Shown: piece after piece, positions 17,206 to 26,454 of the stretch
How the letters are laid out: each line of letters begins with the position of its first letter
Numbering within the stretch: position 1 is the first letter of the stretch
Source: an uncultured virus (IMG/VR IMGVR_UViG_3300045927_000049)
Lineage: Duplodnaviria > Heunggongvirae > Uroviricota > Caudoviricetes
Virus record (IMG/VR): IMGVR_UViG_3300045927_000049
Reading direction: 5' to 3' (one strand)
Length of the DNA stretch: 64,000 bases
Position numbers and translations under genes: made by a program
The notes under the pieces: model-generated
What the model saw: the letters and a program-made list of their open reading frames with translations, nothing else
The model's database searches: none
What the model was told of the DNA's origin: nothing

Positions 17206-19361
17206 CACGCTCCTACCGTATTGATCTGGACCCACTGCGAGGACGAACCGTCATTGTAGTAAATGTAAAGGTTGCCATCAAACGAGTTCCACCACAGTTG
17301 CCCGTGCTGCGGGGAACTGGGAGCACTATCGTTAATGGTTGCTTTAGCAACAGAAACAACATTTATAAGCGTATCAACGTATGATTTTGTAGCTATCCCT
17401 TGAGGAGATGTAGGATCACCACTAACAGTGCCCAACCCTGTATTGCGATTAAAAGTTAAAACTGAACCAGCGGTGTATCCACCATCGTCACAATACTGTA
17501 AGTCAAAGTTAGAGCCTGCATTTGATCCAGTTTCAGTAGCGTTATTACCTAAATACATAACCCATCGATCAAGTGTTGCTTTCTTTCCAGTGATACTGTT
17601 CTTTTCATAATCAGCAGACTTATCCAAAACTATCGACGCCGATCCAGTCGTCGGCTTCATGACCAATCCTCCGGTCATCGTGTCGCCAGCGGCATCAACG
17701 AAGTTCGTGTTGCTCTCTGTCTTGGTGTAGTAGTTGGACAGATCGGGCGCGGCACCGATTGGCCCAACGGTTGCGCCATTGATACGGGCGTACATTCCGG
17801 TCGCCGTTGTCCACACATCGCCATTGGTGGGGGAGGAAGGTGCGGCAGTGTGCGGCAGATTGAGCAGACCGGTATCGATCTTCATCCCGCGAGTAGTGCC
17901 ACTGGTCGAATTGAAAAGGCCAACCGTATTGAGGACTGAGGCGTTGCCGATGTAGACCGCATTGTCGAACGTATACAGGCCGCTGCCGGTAAACGTTGCG
18001 CTGCCAATACTGTCGTGGCGCGGTGATATCTGCACCGTCTGACCATGCGGCGGGTCTGCCCGAATGACGAAGGTGCCGGTGCTGGCAACTGACGTATCGC
18101 GTGCGATGACTGTTTGCCCACCATTGACGAAGGCGAACCGTCCATTGCTGTCTTCGATGGACAGGGTGCTACCCTGAATGATCTTGCCGGTCACACCATC
18201 GAAGCGAGGGACAGTATTGTCCGTCGCACCGGCAGGACCGATGACATCGCCTCCCGGTGCGTCCGCGATCATCTGTGTCACGAAAGCCGTTGTGGCGATG
18301 GAGGTATCGTTGTCACCGGGACTTGGTGTCGGTGCAGTCGGATTGCCGGTGAGAGCAGGGCTGGCAAGCGGCGCATAACCGGAAAGATCGGGTGCCGCCC
18401 CAATCGGCCCTACGGTCCCGCCATTGATGTGGGCATACAGCCCTGCGGTCGTCGTCCACATGTCGCCATTTGCCGGAACGGATGGAGCCGTACCATGCGG
18501 CAGGCGAAACCACGCATTGGCCGATGTCGCAGCCAAGGTGTATATGGCGCTGGAAGTTAAGTTGGCACCTGTAGCTGTAATGCCGTTTGGCGCGCTCAGA
18601 ATACCCATGACATCAAGCGCACCAGCGAACTTGGCGGAACCGTTAGAGCGGTCTATTTCGAATGGATTGCCAAGCCATGCGCCATTGTCCGCATAACGGG
18701 AAACGGTCCACTTGGAACCACTGTTGCTGCCGCTTTCACCAGAGTTCAGGAACATCCGCCAGCGTGGCGTTCCACCACGCTTCCATGCGAACATGGACGC
18801 ATTGTCTGCACTCAATGCCTGCGTATCGTTGATGACGAATTCAGTGCCGGTGCCGCCAGCCGCATTGGTGTTCGCGATGACGCTGCCCGTGACCGTCAGG
18901 TCACCAGCCAGTGACATGCCGGTGCCGCTTGTCTGAAGCTTGACGGCTCCATTGTATGGGCTGTTGAAGAATTCAGCGGTGAACCCGGCTGGCGAACCGG
19001 CCCCGTTGGTGATGTAGAGCGTCGAGCCTGCGACGGTCTGGAAGACCAGCGACTGACCGGTTCCCTGATCAATGATCTTGTAGCCGCCGGTCCCATAACC
19101 GCCTGTCTTCCACGTCACCACCATCTGGCCGTTGGTGGCGTTGTAGGACAGGCCGCTGTTGGTGGTGATGTTACCGTCGCTTTCGAAGGTGAAGGTGGAC
19201 GTACCCTTGGTGATGGTGAAGGAAGTCGTGGTGTCGCTGAAGGTGTACTTCAGGATGTGCTTGATGTTGCGGAAGTGGTCGTCGCCAAACTGTTTCTGGT
19301 CTGATCCCAGAGGCCACGCTTCGTTCAGGCTTGAGAACAGATCGCCGCTTTCGACGCCCAT
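17205..19361 (-). CDS. Long tail fibre protein
   Basis: 718 aa; APLASPALTGNPTAPT..GDNDTSIATTAFV, GDTMTGGL, IATKSYVD; internal duplication; C-terminal GQLWWNSFDGNLYIYYNDGSSSQWV. Confidence 0.85.
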   Translation of the reverse strand: MGVESGDLFSSLNEAWPLGSDQKQFGDDHFRNIKHILKYTFSDTTTSFTITKGTSTFTFESDGNITTNSGLSYNATNGQMVVTWKTGGYGTGGYKIIDQGTGQSLVFQTVAGSTLYITNGAGSPAGFTAEFFNSPYNGAVKLQTSGTGMSLAGDLTVTGSVIANTNAAGGTGTEFVINDTQALSADNASMFAWKRGGTPRWRMFLNSGESGSNSGSKWTVSRYADNGAWLGNPFEIDRSNGSAKFAGALDVMGILSAPNGITATGANLTSSAIYTLAATSANAWFRLPHGTAPSVPANGDMWTTTAGLYAHINGGTVGPIGAAPDLSGYAPLASPALTGNPTAPTPSPGDNDTSIATTAFVTQMIADAPGGDVIGPAGATDNTVPRFDGVTGKIIQGSTLSIEDSNGRFAFVNGGQTVIARDTSVASTGTFVIRADPPHGQTVQISPRHDSIGSATFTGSGLYTFDNAVYIGNASVLNTVGLFNSTSGTTRGMKIDTGLLNLPHTAAPSSPTNGDVWTTATGMYARINGATVGPIGAAPDLSNYYTKTESNTNFVDAAGDTMTGGLVMKPTTGSASIVLDKSADYEKNSITGKKATLDRWVMYLGNNATETGSNAGSNFDLQYCDDGGYTAGSVLTFNRNTGLGTVSGDPTSPQGIATKSYVDTLINVVSVAKATINDSAPSSPQHGQLWWNSFDGNLYIYYNDGSSSQWVQINTVGA

Positions 19362-19790
19362 CTACGCAATCCTGATGATCGCCGTCGCTGCTGCCGGTGC
19401 CGGGAAGATGATGGTGAAGTCTCCCGCAGAACTGGCTTTGTCGGAGCCGAAGTCCAGAATGACCGCAGTCCTGTTGCCATTGGTGGAGTTGTAGATCATC
19501 GCCCCTCTGGCAGTGATGGTGGCGGTTGTCCACGTACTGTCGTTGAAGTCCGTGTAGGCCGTGGTGCCGGAGACGACTGGCGACACATTGGTCAGCGTGT
19601 TGCCGCCCGCCGTATAGCCGGTTCCGGAAACCTCATTGCTCGCCGTATAGGTCGTGGTCGAACTGTCCAATGTCGCCGCGCTGGTGTAGAGCGCGATCTT
19701 GAAGGAGTTGCCGCCCGCTGTGTTGAAGTTGTGCAACCCCTGCATCAGTTCCTGCTTGAAGGTTGTCGCCACTGCTTGGGTAATCGCCAT
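19362..19790 (-). CDS. Conserved virion structural protein
   Basis: MAITQAVATTFKQEL...FKIALYTS...GYTAGG...ARGAMIYN...LDFGSDK pattern common in this phage group. Confidence 0.8.
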   Translation of the reverse strand: MAITQAVATTFKQELMQGLHNFNTAGGNSFKIALYTSAATLDSSTTTYTASNEVSGTGYTAGGNTLTNVSPVVSGTTAYTDFNDSTWTTATITARGAMIYNSTNGNRTAVILDFGSDKASSAGDFTIIFPAPAAATAIIRIA

Positions 19791-19791
19791 C

Positions 19792-20046
19792 TCACCTTTC
19801 CTTTCCGGTCAAGAAGTAAGCGCGGTCTGAGGCGATGGCGCGTTTGACCCCATCCAGAACAACCGCATACATGCGTTCCCTGTACTCCATAGCCTGCGCC
19901 CTGATCGGCTCCGGTGCCGTGTCCGCGATCTGGATCAGCCGCTCGACAATCCTCTGCGCGAAGAACTCCGCTGGATGCCCGCCATCCATGGTGGTGACCA
20001 CGGTGACACTGCCAACGCTGGCCCCAGCTTCTTGCCCAATGCTCAT
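19792..20046 (-). CDS. Conserved hypothetical structural-module protein
   Basis: 84-aa coupled ORF, TAPEPIRAQA motif. Confidence 0.7.
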   Translation of the reverse strand: MSIGQEAGASVGSVTVVTTMDGGHPAEFFAQRIVERLIQIADTAPEPIRAQAMEYRERMYAVVLDGVKRAIASDRAYFLTGKER

Positions 20047-20681
20047 GTCGGCATCCTCTGGTCAGGCATCCGGTAGGTATCCTTGCGCTGGCGTCCCTCG
20101 ACAATCAGCTTGAGATCGGTGATCGCCACTTCGAACTGCTTGCCGTAGGCTTGGATCACATCCTGATCGCCCTTCTCGTAGATGTAGCCATGCATGATGA
20201 TGCCGAAGATCAGCGCGTTCTCGCCGTTCTCTGACAGCCAGTTGGTATTGTCGGGATCATTGTTGAGGCTGATCGACGGCGGCTTCTTGAAGTAGTGCAT
20301 CTCGACTTCGTAGTTCTCCCCCGGTGTTGGGGCGAGCAACAGGTCCGTCTCGTTGCGGACAGCGTAGAAGCGCGGCTTTCCTACCTGAGTGGGGTCCGGG
20401 TAGGCTTCATTGAGGAACGCTTCGTCCTTGGGCAACAGGTAATCGTAAGTCGGCGTAATAACTGCCAGCGAATACGCGGACACGTAGTCCTCCGGCACCG
20501 ACAGGAAACGGTCACCGATAACCAGCGTCGAGGTCGCTGTCTCCTTGGTCATCGGAAGCTGCACCTTGCGATAGATATCCTCTTCGGCAAGGCGGGCATG
20601 CAGCGGAATGTTGGCGAGAAAGGACGGCTCTTCGTTCTCCAGATACTGTTTGACGACAGCCTGTATCTGACCCCAGTTCAT
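20043..20681 (-). CDS. Head-tail adaptor (tubular protein A-like)
   Basis: LAEEDIYR, GKPRFYA, LLLAPTP..NYEVEMHY motifs. Confidence 0.75.
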   Translation of the reverse strand: MNWGQIQAVVKQYLENEEPSFLANIPLHARLAEEDIYRKVQLPMTKETATSTLVIGDRFLSVPEDYVSAYSLAVITPTYDYLLPKDEAFLNEAYPDPTQVGKPRFYAVRNETDLLLAPTPGENYEVEMHYFKKPPSISLNNDPDNTNWLSENGENALIFGIIMHGYIYEKGDQDVIQAYGKQFEVAITDLKLIVEGRQRKDTYRMPDQRMPT

Positions 20682-20983
20682 GTAATCCTCACCGTGACCC
20701 GCCCGACATCCGTGAGCAGGATGTTGGTTGTCTCGTGACCGACAGGGTTCCAGCCGTACAGCCTGCGGCTCTCTGCCAGTTCCGCTTTATCGGAACGCGA
20801 ACCCTTGACGGTCTGCTTGTCGGAAGTCTTGACGCCGCGTGTGTCGAGTTGCGGATGGCTCTCGTCGTAGCAGGACTTGCATACCTTCAGCCCGGTCGGG
20901 CGACCGAGAAGGTACTCATCTCTCAGATGGGACAGTTTGAAACGCAGGCCGCAGCGGTCACAAATGCCGGGAACCGGCTTCAT
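20678..20983 (-). CDS. Small Zn-finger virion-module protein
   Basis: CDRCG...VCKSCYDESHPQL. Confidence 0.75.
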   Translation of the reverse strand: MKPVPGICDRCGLRFKLSHLRDEYLLGRPTGLKVCKSCYDESHPQLDTRGVKTSDKQTVKGSRSDKAELAESRRLYGWNPVGHETTNILLTDVGRVTVRIT

Positions 20984-21660
20984 CGGTTGTAACTCGACAT
21001 GTCGGGAACCATGAAGAAGGAGGCGCGGTCGCGATCCTCCTCCGCAGCCAGCATGTACTGGCGCTCATACTCCGCTTGCAGCATGGGGATGCGATCCGTT
21101 GCGTTCGGAGACTTCATCGCAAGGAAATAGGCCAGTCCCGAAACCAGTGCCGGGAGAAAGCGTGGCGGGATATCCACCGTGTTGGTGTAGTTCCCGGCAT
21201 CCTGAATGGTGCGAATGCCCCAGCAGATGAAGGTTCCGTCCTCCGTGGGTGTCGGCCAGATGCGCAGCTTCGGCGGATAGGTGCGATGCACATAGTATTG
21301 CGACGGGGTGCCGGTTTCATTCTTGTTGGCCATTCCGGCCCACTGTGCCCCACCCAGCCGCGTCATCGTCTGGTCGTTCTGCTCAAGGCCGGTGCCGGTG
21401 CGCCATGCTGCATCCAGCAAGTCGATGGTTTCGGCGGGCAGTTCGACCGTATCGTTGCCCATGGTCATCGGCACGCTGAACTGTGTCAGCGTCCACATGT
21501 TGAGGCCGCGATTGCCCCATTCACGCATCAGCAAATCGAGTGAGCGGCGGGCAGTCTTTAGGTCATAGCCGCCGCGCACTTCGATCCCCACCATTTCATA
21601 GGCTTCTTCAATCAGGTCGATGATGTCCGGATTGAAGGTGGCAACGCCGGATGTGGTCAC
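20980..21660 (-). CDS. Head-tail connector / adaptor
   Basis: [45 protein letters not shown]. Confidence 0.8.
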   Translation of the reverse strand: MTTSGVATFNPDIIDLIEEAYEMVGIEVRGGYDLKTARRSLDLLMREWGNRGLNMWTLTQFSVPMTMGNDTVELPAETIDLLDAAWRTGTGLEQNDQTMTRLGGAQWAGMANKNETGTPSQYYVHRTYPPKLRIWPTPTEDGTFICWGIRTIQDAGNYTNTVDIPPRFLPALVSGLAYFLAMKSPNATDRIPMLQAEYERQYMLAAEEDRDRASFFMVPDMSSYNR

Positions 21661-21812
21661 TTCTTACCCTTTTTGGCCGGGATTTTAGCGCCGCTCCTGC
21701 GGGCCTGACTGAGGGATGCGGCGACCGCCTGCTTCTGCGGATAGCCCGCCTTCCTCATTTCCTTGATGTTCTTGCCGATGGTTTCCTTCGACTTGCCCTT
21801 TTTCAGAGGCAT
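21657..21812 (-). CDS. 51-aa basic peptide (MPLKKGKS family)
   Basis: Hand-translated [55 protein letters not shown] coupling to adaptor gene. Confidence 0.75.
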   Translation of the reverse strand: MPLKKGKSKETIGKNIKEMRKAGYPQKQAVAASLSQARRSGAKIPAKKGKK

Positions 21813-22191
21813 CGCTTTCTTCCTCCATGGTCATCAGGTTCAGGACCGTGACCCGAACCGCTTTGTCCTGCGGAAAGACGACCGAGTTTCGTCCCTTGTT
21901 GACGCTGACAAACGGCACCCGGTAGACGGCGACAATGTAACCCTGTCCCTTCATCGCTTCACGACCGGCTGGCGACGGGAACCAGTCCAAGAGTTGTGAA
22001 ATGGAGAGGAAGCCGAAGATGCCGCCCTCTTCCTTGAACCGCTCATAGAAGGGGCCACCTTCGTCCTGTGGACCGGTTGGCCTCTTGTCGAGAGGATCGT
22101 GACCACTAACCGCATCATAAAGCTGGACGGTGCCGGTCAGCGACCATGGACCCTTGCCGGTGTCACGGTGTTCGATCCGATAGACCCTCAA
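21685..22191 (-). CDS. Hypothetical protein (VYRIEH...GPW type)
   Basis: TTGA coupling to upstream gene; the 3' end overlaps the basic-peptide gene out of frame. Confidence 0.6.
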   Translation of the reverse strand: MRVYRIEHRDTGKGPWSLTGTVQLYDAVSGHDPLDKRPTGPQDEGGPFYERFKEEGGIFGFLSISQLLDWFPSPAGREAMKGQGYIVAVYRVPFVSVNKGRNSVVFPQDKAVRVTVLNLMTMEEESDASEKGQVEGNHRQEHQGNEEGGLSAEAGGRRIPQSGPQERR

Positions 22192-22424
22192 TACATTGCC
22201 ACCAGTCCGGTTGCCGTCGAGGCGACCTTGATAGCGCGGGGAGAGATCGGCAGCAGCGTGCCAGCCGGAACAGCCGAGAAGGTGACGGTGGTGCCGTCAC
22301 GGTCGATAGCCACGACTGTTCCGGTGCCGCCAACCCAGATGCCACGGCATCCACCCATGTTGGGTGTGTCGCTCTTCACGACATCCTTGAACGCCTTGAC
22401 CGGATTAGACCAGAGATCGGCCAT
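22188..22424 (-). CDS. Small virion protein (spike-base-like)
   Basis: RGIWVGGTG...VTFSAVPAGTLLPI...VASTAT; strong GGAGGGAG RBS. Confidence 0.7.
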   Translation of the reverse strand: MADLWSNPVKAFKDVVKSDTPNMGGCRGIWVGGTGTVVAIDRDGTTVTFSAVPAGTLLPISPRAIKVASTATGLVAMY

Positions 22425-22433
22425 CGCTCCCTC

Positions 22434-22673
22434 CTACGACAGGACGGCGCTGGTATCCACACGCAGCCAGTTGGTGCCGTTGGAGAAGCATGGGCAAGCG
22501 CCGGTCGCGGCGTCACTGACATAGATGAGCGCACCGGTATTGGTGGTTGCCGAAGGCACCGATGCCTTGGCATAGATCGGAAGCTTGACGGTTCCGCCAG
22601 CTTCCGCAGAAGAGATGTTGCCGATGAAGCCTGCCGTTGAAACGACGGGACCAGAAAATGTGGTGCGTCCCAT
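22434..22673 (-). CDS. Capsid decoration / head fibre protein
   Basis: MGRTTFSGPV start, GALIYVSDA...FSNGTNW; immediately after major capsid gene. Confidence 0.7.
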   Translation of the reverse strand: MGRTTFSGPVVSTAGFIGNISSAEAGGTVKLPIYAKASVPSATTNTGALIYVSDAATGACPCFSNGTNWLRVDTSAVLS

Positions 22674-22712
22674 GGGGTGGTTACCTTTCACAAGAAGGTG
22701 GAGGGCGGGGTG

Positions 22713-22742
22713 AAAGAAAGGGCCGGGGGAGTAACCGGCCCT
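22713..22742 (-). terminator. Intrinsic terminator after major capsid gene
   Basis: GGGCCGG/CCGGCCC hairpin followed by TTTCTTTC on the minus strand. Confidence 0.6.
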
Positions 22743-22770
22743 TCCAATTAGCCGAGAGCGAGGGAGGAGA

Positions 22771-23679
22771 TTACGCTCCCGGCGAGCCGTAAATCGCCAG
22801 CGGATCGCTCCAGCCGAAGCTGTAGCGTTCGCGGCTCTTGTAACGGTAGTTCCCGGTATCGAAGTCGGTATCCATGCCGGTCTTCAGTGGCGCTCTGACG
22901 AAGTGCTTGAGGCCGTTCGGGATATCGGTGGTCAGGAACCATGCGTCCGGATCGGTCAGGTAATGCATGACGCCGTAGCCTTCGGGAATGGCCCCGTTGG
23001 ACTTCAGCGCGTTGACATCATTGTCTGCCGTGCCGGGACGCTGCTCCGTCTGCAACAGACGGGTGGCGACGAACTGGTTGCCGGGAGCGATGATCAGCTT
23101 CCTTGGCCTTGCGGCGATGAGAAGCCCACGTTCATCGGTCCATGCCGCGATGTCGATCACCGCATTTTCCAGTGCCGTCTCGTTGAGGTCCGTTGCGACC
23201 GCAGCGACATTCGAGTTGACGCCACCCGCAACCAGCGGATGGTCGGGAGCCAGCAACGGCTTGCCATCACCACCCGTAAAGTTGGTGTTGAAGCCATTGT
23301 TGAGGGTAGCCGCAGCCTTGACCTGTTTGGTGTAGGCCATGGAGCGTGCCAGCGCCTTGGTGTAGCGGGCCGAAAGCTGGTCATAGAGGTTGTCCTCAAT
23401 GGCCTCCTCGGTGATCGCAAATCCCATGGCGATGGTTTCGTGGGTGTAGCGGGCGGTCCATGCTTCCTGCGCATTGTCATACGCAATGGCGGCACCTTCC
23501 ATCTTCACCGGAGCAGTTCCGAAACCGGAGAGTTTCTGCTCTTCCTCAAACGAGCGGTCACTGTTTTCGGTCGTGTAGACCATGGTGTGCTCGTTCTCGT
23601 ACTTCGCGTACTCCAGCCCAAACAGTTTGTTCAGACCGGGCAGCAACTCTTTGAAGAGTTGAGCGCGAGTGATAGCCAT
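22771..23679 (-). CDS. Major capsid protein
   Basis: MAITRAQLFKELLPGLNKLFGLEY...DFDTGNYRYKSRERYSFGWSDP, 302 aa; follows scaffold. Confidence 0.92.
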   Translation of the reverse strand: MAITRAQLFKELLPGLNKLFGLEYAKYENEHTMVYTTENSDRSFEEEQKLSGFGTAPVKMEGAAIAYDNAQEAWTARYTHETIAMGFAITEEAIEDNLYDQLSARYTKALARSMAYTKQVKAAATLNNGFNTNFTGGDGKPLLAPDHPLVAGGVNSNVAAVATDLNETALENAVIDIAAWTDERGLLIAARPRKLIIAPGNQFVATRLLQTEQRPGTADNDVNALKSNGAIPEGYGVMHYLTDPDAWFLTTDIPNGLKHFVRAPLKTGMDTDFDTGNYRYKSRERYSFGWSDPLAIYGSPGA

Positions 23680-23694
23680 TTCTCAACTCCTTTC

Positions 23695-24267
23695 TTAAGC
23701 TGCCGGGTCACGGTTGAGGTGCGTGTTCAGACGGACAATGCAGTCCGTGAACGCATCACCCACCGCACTGCCGGGGCGACGGACAAAATCCACGATCCTG
23801 ACGGGGAAGGTGGCGGTGGCGGCAATACCAGCGGTCGCCAAAGCAACAGCCGATCTGCCGGTGGTCAGTGAGCCTGCGGTCTGGACAAGGTTGGCGTTCA
23901 GACCCAGTTGCGCCTGCGTCACGGGACCGTTGGCCTGTATCTCAAACAGGAGATCAGGGTCGTCATAGACGTAAGCCCATGCGGAGGAGTTGGGTTTGAT
24001 GACCGTACCAGCGGTCCAGAAGTTCCGATGGAACAGACCCATCGACGTGTCTTCGTACTCGCAGCCCCAGAAGACACCGACCGGCTTGGTGCCGGTAGTG
24101 GCTGTTTCTTTTTCAATAAAGCCAGCGACCAGTTTGACGAGATCGCCACAGAAGATCGACGTGGCGTAGCCGCCGCTGATCTTCATCAGACGATCTCCGT
24201 GTGACATGTACTGACCGCCCTGCATATTGACGGGCCGCAAGCCATAGGGAGCGGCAACTGCTGCCAT
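23695..24267 (-). CDS. Minor capsid / cement protein
   Basis: APYGLRPV...IFCGDLV...GVFWGC...DDPDLLFEIQ; directly upstream of MCP. Confidence 0.75.
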   Translation of the reverse strand: MAAVAAPYGLRPVNMQGGQYMSHGDRLMKISGGYATSIFCGDLVKLVAGFIEKETATTGTKPVGVFWGCEYEDTSMGLFHRNFWTAGTVIKPNSSAWAYVYDDPDLLFEIQANGPVTQAQLGLNANLVQTAGSLTTGRSAVALATAGIAATATFPVRIVDFVRRPGSAVGDAFTDCIVRLNTHLNRDPAA

Positions 24268-24308
24268 CTCTTCTCTCCTATTGGTTTGTGGGGGAGGGTT
24301 AAGCGAGG

Positions 24309-24764
24309 TTACTCGCCAGAGCCGAATGTGGTGCGCGACTTGCGCTCCGGTCTAAGGAGCGGCATGCGCGGGTCATTTTCGCGGAGATAGTTGTTATCTA
24401 CCGAGGACATCTGGTCTGCGGCGCGCTTCTCGTAATATTTCGTACGGGCGGTCACATTCTCGACGGCTGTCTTGCAAAGCAGCAATCCTCCAACCTCCAC
24501 CCCATCGGGGAAGCGGCTGTCCCTGTCGGACATGATCTGGAGTTCAGGATGGTCCGCTGCCTTGACCGGCTCCCATCCTTCCCTGATGCGGGACGACACG
24601 TTCTTGTTGTCCGGTGTCCCGAAGCTGCTGGTTCTGATCCAGCGGAATGCGTAGCCGGGTTGCGGCAACGGTACAGGAAGCAGTGACGACGGCTTCCAAG
24701 ATTGCTCTCTCTTCTCTGCCTCACGGGTTTCTTTGTCTCTAAGTGTGCGTGAAGCTTCGGCCAT
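24309..24764 (-). CDS. Conserved head-module protein
   Basis: GYAFRWIR...REGWEPV...VGGLLLCK. Confidence 0.75.
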   Translation of the reverse strand: MAEASRTLRDKETREAEKREQSWKPSSLLPVPLPQPGYAFRWIRTSSFGTPDNKNVSSRIREGWEPVKAADHPELQIMSDRDSRFPDGVEVGGLLLCKTAVENVTARTKYYEKRAADQMSSVDNNYLRENDPRMPLLRPERKSRTTFGSGE

Positions 24765-25788
24765 CTCTCTGATCCTGTTCTGCGACAAGCTGTTGTGCGT
24801 ATTGCTCGACGGTCAATCCAAGTCTGCGAGCAAGACGGGCTTGGCTCTCCGTGATCTGTACTCTGCGCGGAGCGCCGTTTCCGGTGCGCGACACCGCTCC
24901 CACCGGGGGAGACGATCTGCGTTCCGGCAGTCCACCGTTGGAACGGTTTGAGCGGAAGCGATCCGGAAAGCGCCGCCGCATCTCCTCGTTCAGCTTGGTG
25001 TAATATTCCGGCTGATCGGGCATGATGCCGTCCCGCTCAACCAGTTGCTTGTGATAGCCAAGCGCGTAGCCGGTCATCGCATCATCGCGACCGAACCACG
25101 TATTCTTCTCTGCCCATTTCACCGCCGCCGGGTCTGGTTGTGGCTGCTGCGGCTCCGGTGCCGGACGATTGAAGATGCTCTCGTCTTCCTTGCGAAGCTG
25201 CATCGGCTGCTGTGCCGCAGCGCGTTCCATCTTGGCGATGGCCGAAGCAATGGCTTCCTGCGCCACCACCATGCCATTGGCGTCACCGGCATCGTGGGCT
25301 TCGCGATAGGCGACCTTGGCCTGTTCCAGCATCGACTGAAGACGCCCGCGATGCTCGCCCATCAGGACTTTCTCACCCTGATGGATGAAGTCCTTCATGG
25401 CGTTGTTTTCTTGCATCAGCCGTCTGGCAAGGTTGACGGCTTCCTGATTTTCGCGAGCGATCTCGTCGGCGCGGCGACGCTCCGCATGGATGCGGGCGGT
25501 CATCTGGGTGATACGCTTCTGGGCACCCTTGGCGTAGCCGCGAACCTCGTCCTCACCGGGAATGTCCGGTTCACCGTCGCGACTGTCGTCGGCTACCCAC
25601 TTACCCTTGTCTTCCTCCGGTGCATCGTCGCCAATCTCGACTTCGATATCCGGACCTCTGTCCCTGCCCGGTTTGTCCGGGCGAACCAGTTCAGTCGGTT
25701 CCGGTGGCGTCCACTTCTCATCGTCTTCTTCGAAGTCGCCCTCTTCGATGAAGTCGTTATCCGTCAATGAGTTCTTCGGCATCACCAT
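24739..25788 (-). CDS. Capsid scaffolding protein
   Basis: Acidic N-terminus, coiled coil, WAEKNTWFG, ends ARRLGLTVEQYA. Confidence 0.75.
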   Translation of the reverse strand: MVMPKNSLTDNDFIEEGDFEEDDEKWTPPEPTELVRPDKPGRDRGPDIEVEIGDDAPEEDKGKWVADDSRDGEPDIPGEDEVRGYAKGAQKRITQMTARIHAERRRADEIARENQEAVNLARRLMQENNAMKDFIHQGEKVLMGEHRGRLQSMLEQAKVAYREAHDAGDANGMVVAQEAIASAIAKMERAAAQQPMQLRKEDESIFNRPAPEPQQPQPDPAAVKWAEKNTWFGRDDAMTGYALGYHKQLVERDGIMPDQPEYYTKLNEEMRRRFPDRFRSNRSNGGLPERRSSPPVGAVSRTGNGAPRRVQITESQARLARRLGLTVEQYAQQLVAEQDQRDGRSFTHT

Positions 25789-26147
25789 GCCCTTTCAACC
25801 TTGCGCGGATCATCCACGACCGCTTCCACGGTATCGTCGTTGATGAGCCGGAATTCCTGATCCTCGACTTTCAGTCGGGTGCCGGAATAGGAACGGAAGA
25901 TCACCCAGTCGCCAATCTTGCACCACGGGCCGTTGGGGAACTTCTTCTCGTCCTGATAGGCATCCTCTCCCATGGAGACGACATAGCCGAAGATCGATGC
26001 GACCTCTTCCATTCTGCGCAGTTCATCCGGTCGTATGATGCCGCCTGCGGTTTTCTCCTCGACAGAAGGGATCGCGACGAGGAGTTTGTATCCTTTCGGG
26101 TCCGGAATGACCGAACCTTCAACATCCTTGATTTGCGTGGAGTACAC
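25782..26147 (-). CDS. groES: Co-chaperonin GroES-like protein
   Basis: EEKTAGGII mobile loop, GDWVIFRSYSG, RLINDDTVEAVV. Confidence 0.88.
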   Translation of the reverse strand: MYSTQIKDVEGSVIPDPKGYKLLVAIPSVEEKTAGGIIRPDELRRMEEVASIFGYVVSMGEDAYQDEKKFPNGPWCKIGDWVIFRSYSGTRLKVEDQEFRLINDDTVEAVVDDPRKVERAW

Positions 26148-26157
26148 GGTTCACCTC

Positions 26158-26197
26158 AAAAGAAACCCCGCGCCGGTCTTTCGGAACCGGGCGGGGC
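26158..26197 (-). terminator. Hairpin with U-rich tail upstream of groES
   Basis: CCCCGC..CCGG/CCGG.GCGGGG stem then TTTCTTTT on the minus strand. Confidence 0.45.
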
Positions 26198-26271
26198 GAA
26201 GAAGGAGAAACTTAAGGCACCGGGCTAAGGTGCCACTCTAAAATACGGCACCCCTTGTCAGAGCGTCAACC

Positions 26272-26454
26272 TCACTGGTCCTCATCGTCCTCTGAGAATG
26301 CTTTCCTGACGATCTCCTTGACGATCATGAAGGTTCCCAGCATGGCGATCTGCTCCCGGTAGGTGGTGTAATCGGGGCAACTTCCATTGAGGATGTTGTG
26401 TTCGACCGTCGCCATCTCACGGTCGATCATGGCAAGTATCCGCTCCAGCATCAT
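26272..26454 (-). CDS. Small protein after portal
   Basis: 60-aa coupled ORF, GSCPDYTTYR. Confidence 0.7.
   Translation of the reverse strand: MMLERILAMIDREMATVEHNILNGSCPDYTTYREQIAMLGTFMIVKEIVRKAFSEDDEDQ

Noticed and set aside
3572..19361. Diversity-generating retroelement or invertible shufflon acting on fibre paralogues
   Set aside because: No reverse transcriptase, no near-identical TR/VR pair, all paralogues co-oriented with their own starts, no invertase nearby
481..23871. Long plus-strand ORFs opposite structural genes (481-1464, 9988-10869, 16183-17259, 22903-23871)
   Set aside because: Antisense shadows of GC-rich coding genes; no RBS or recognisable motifs
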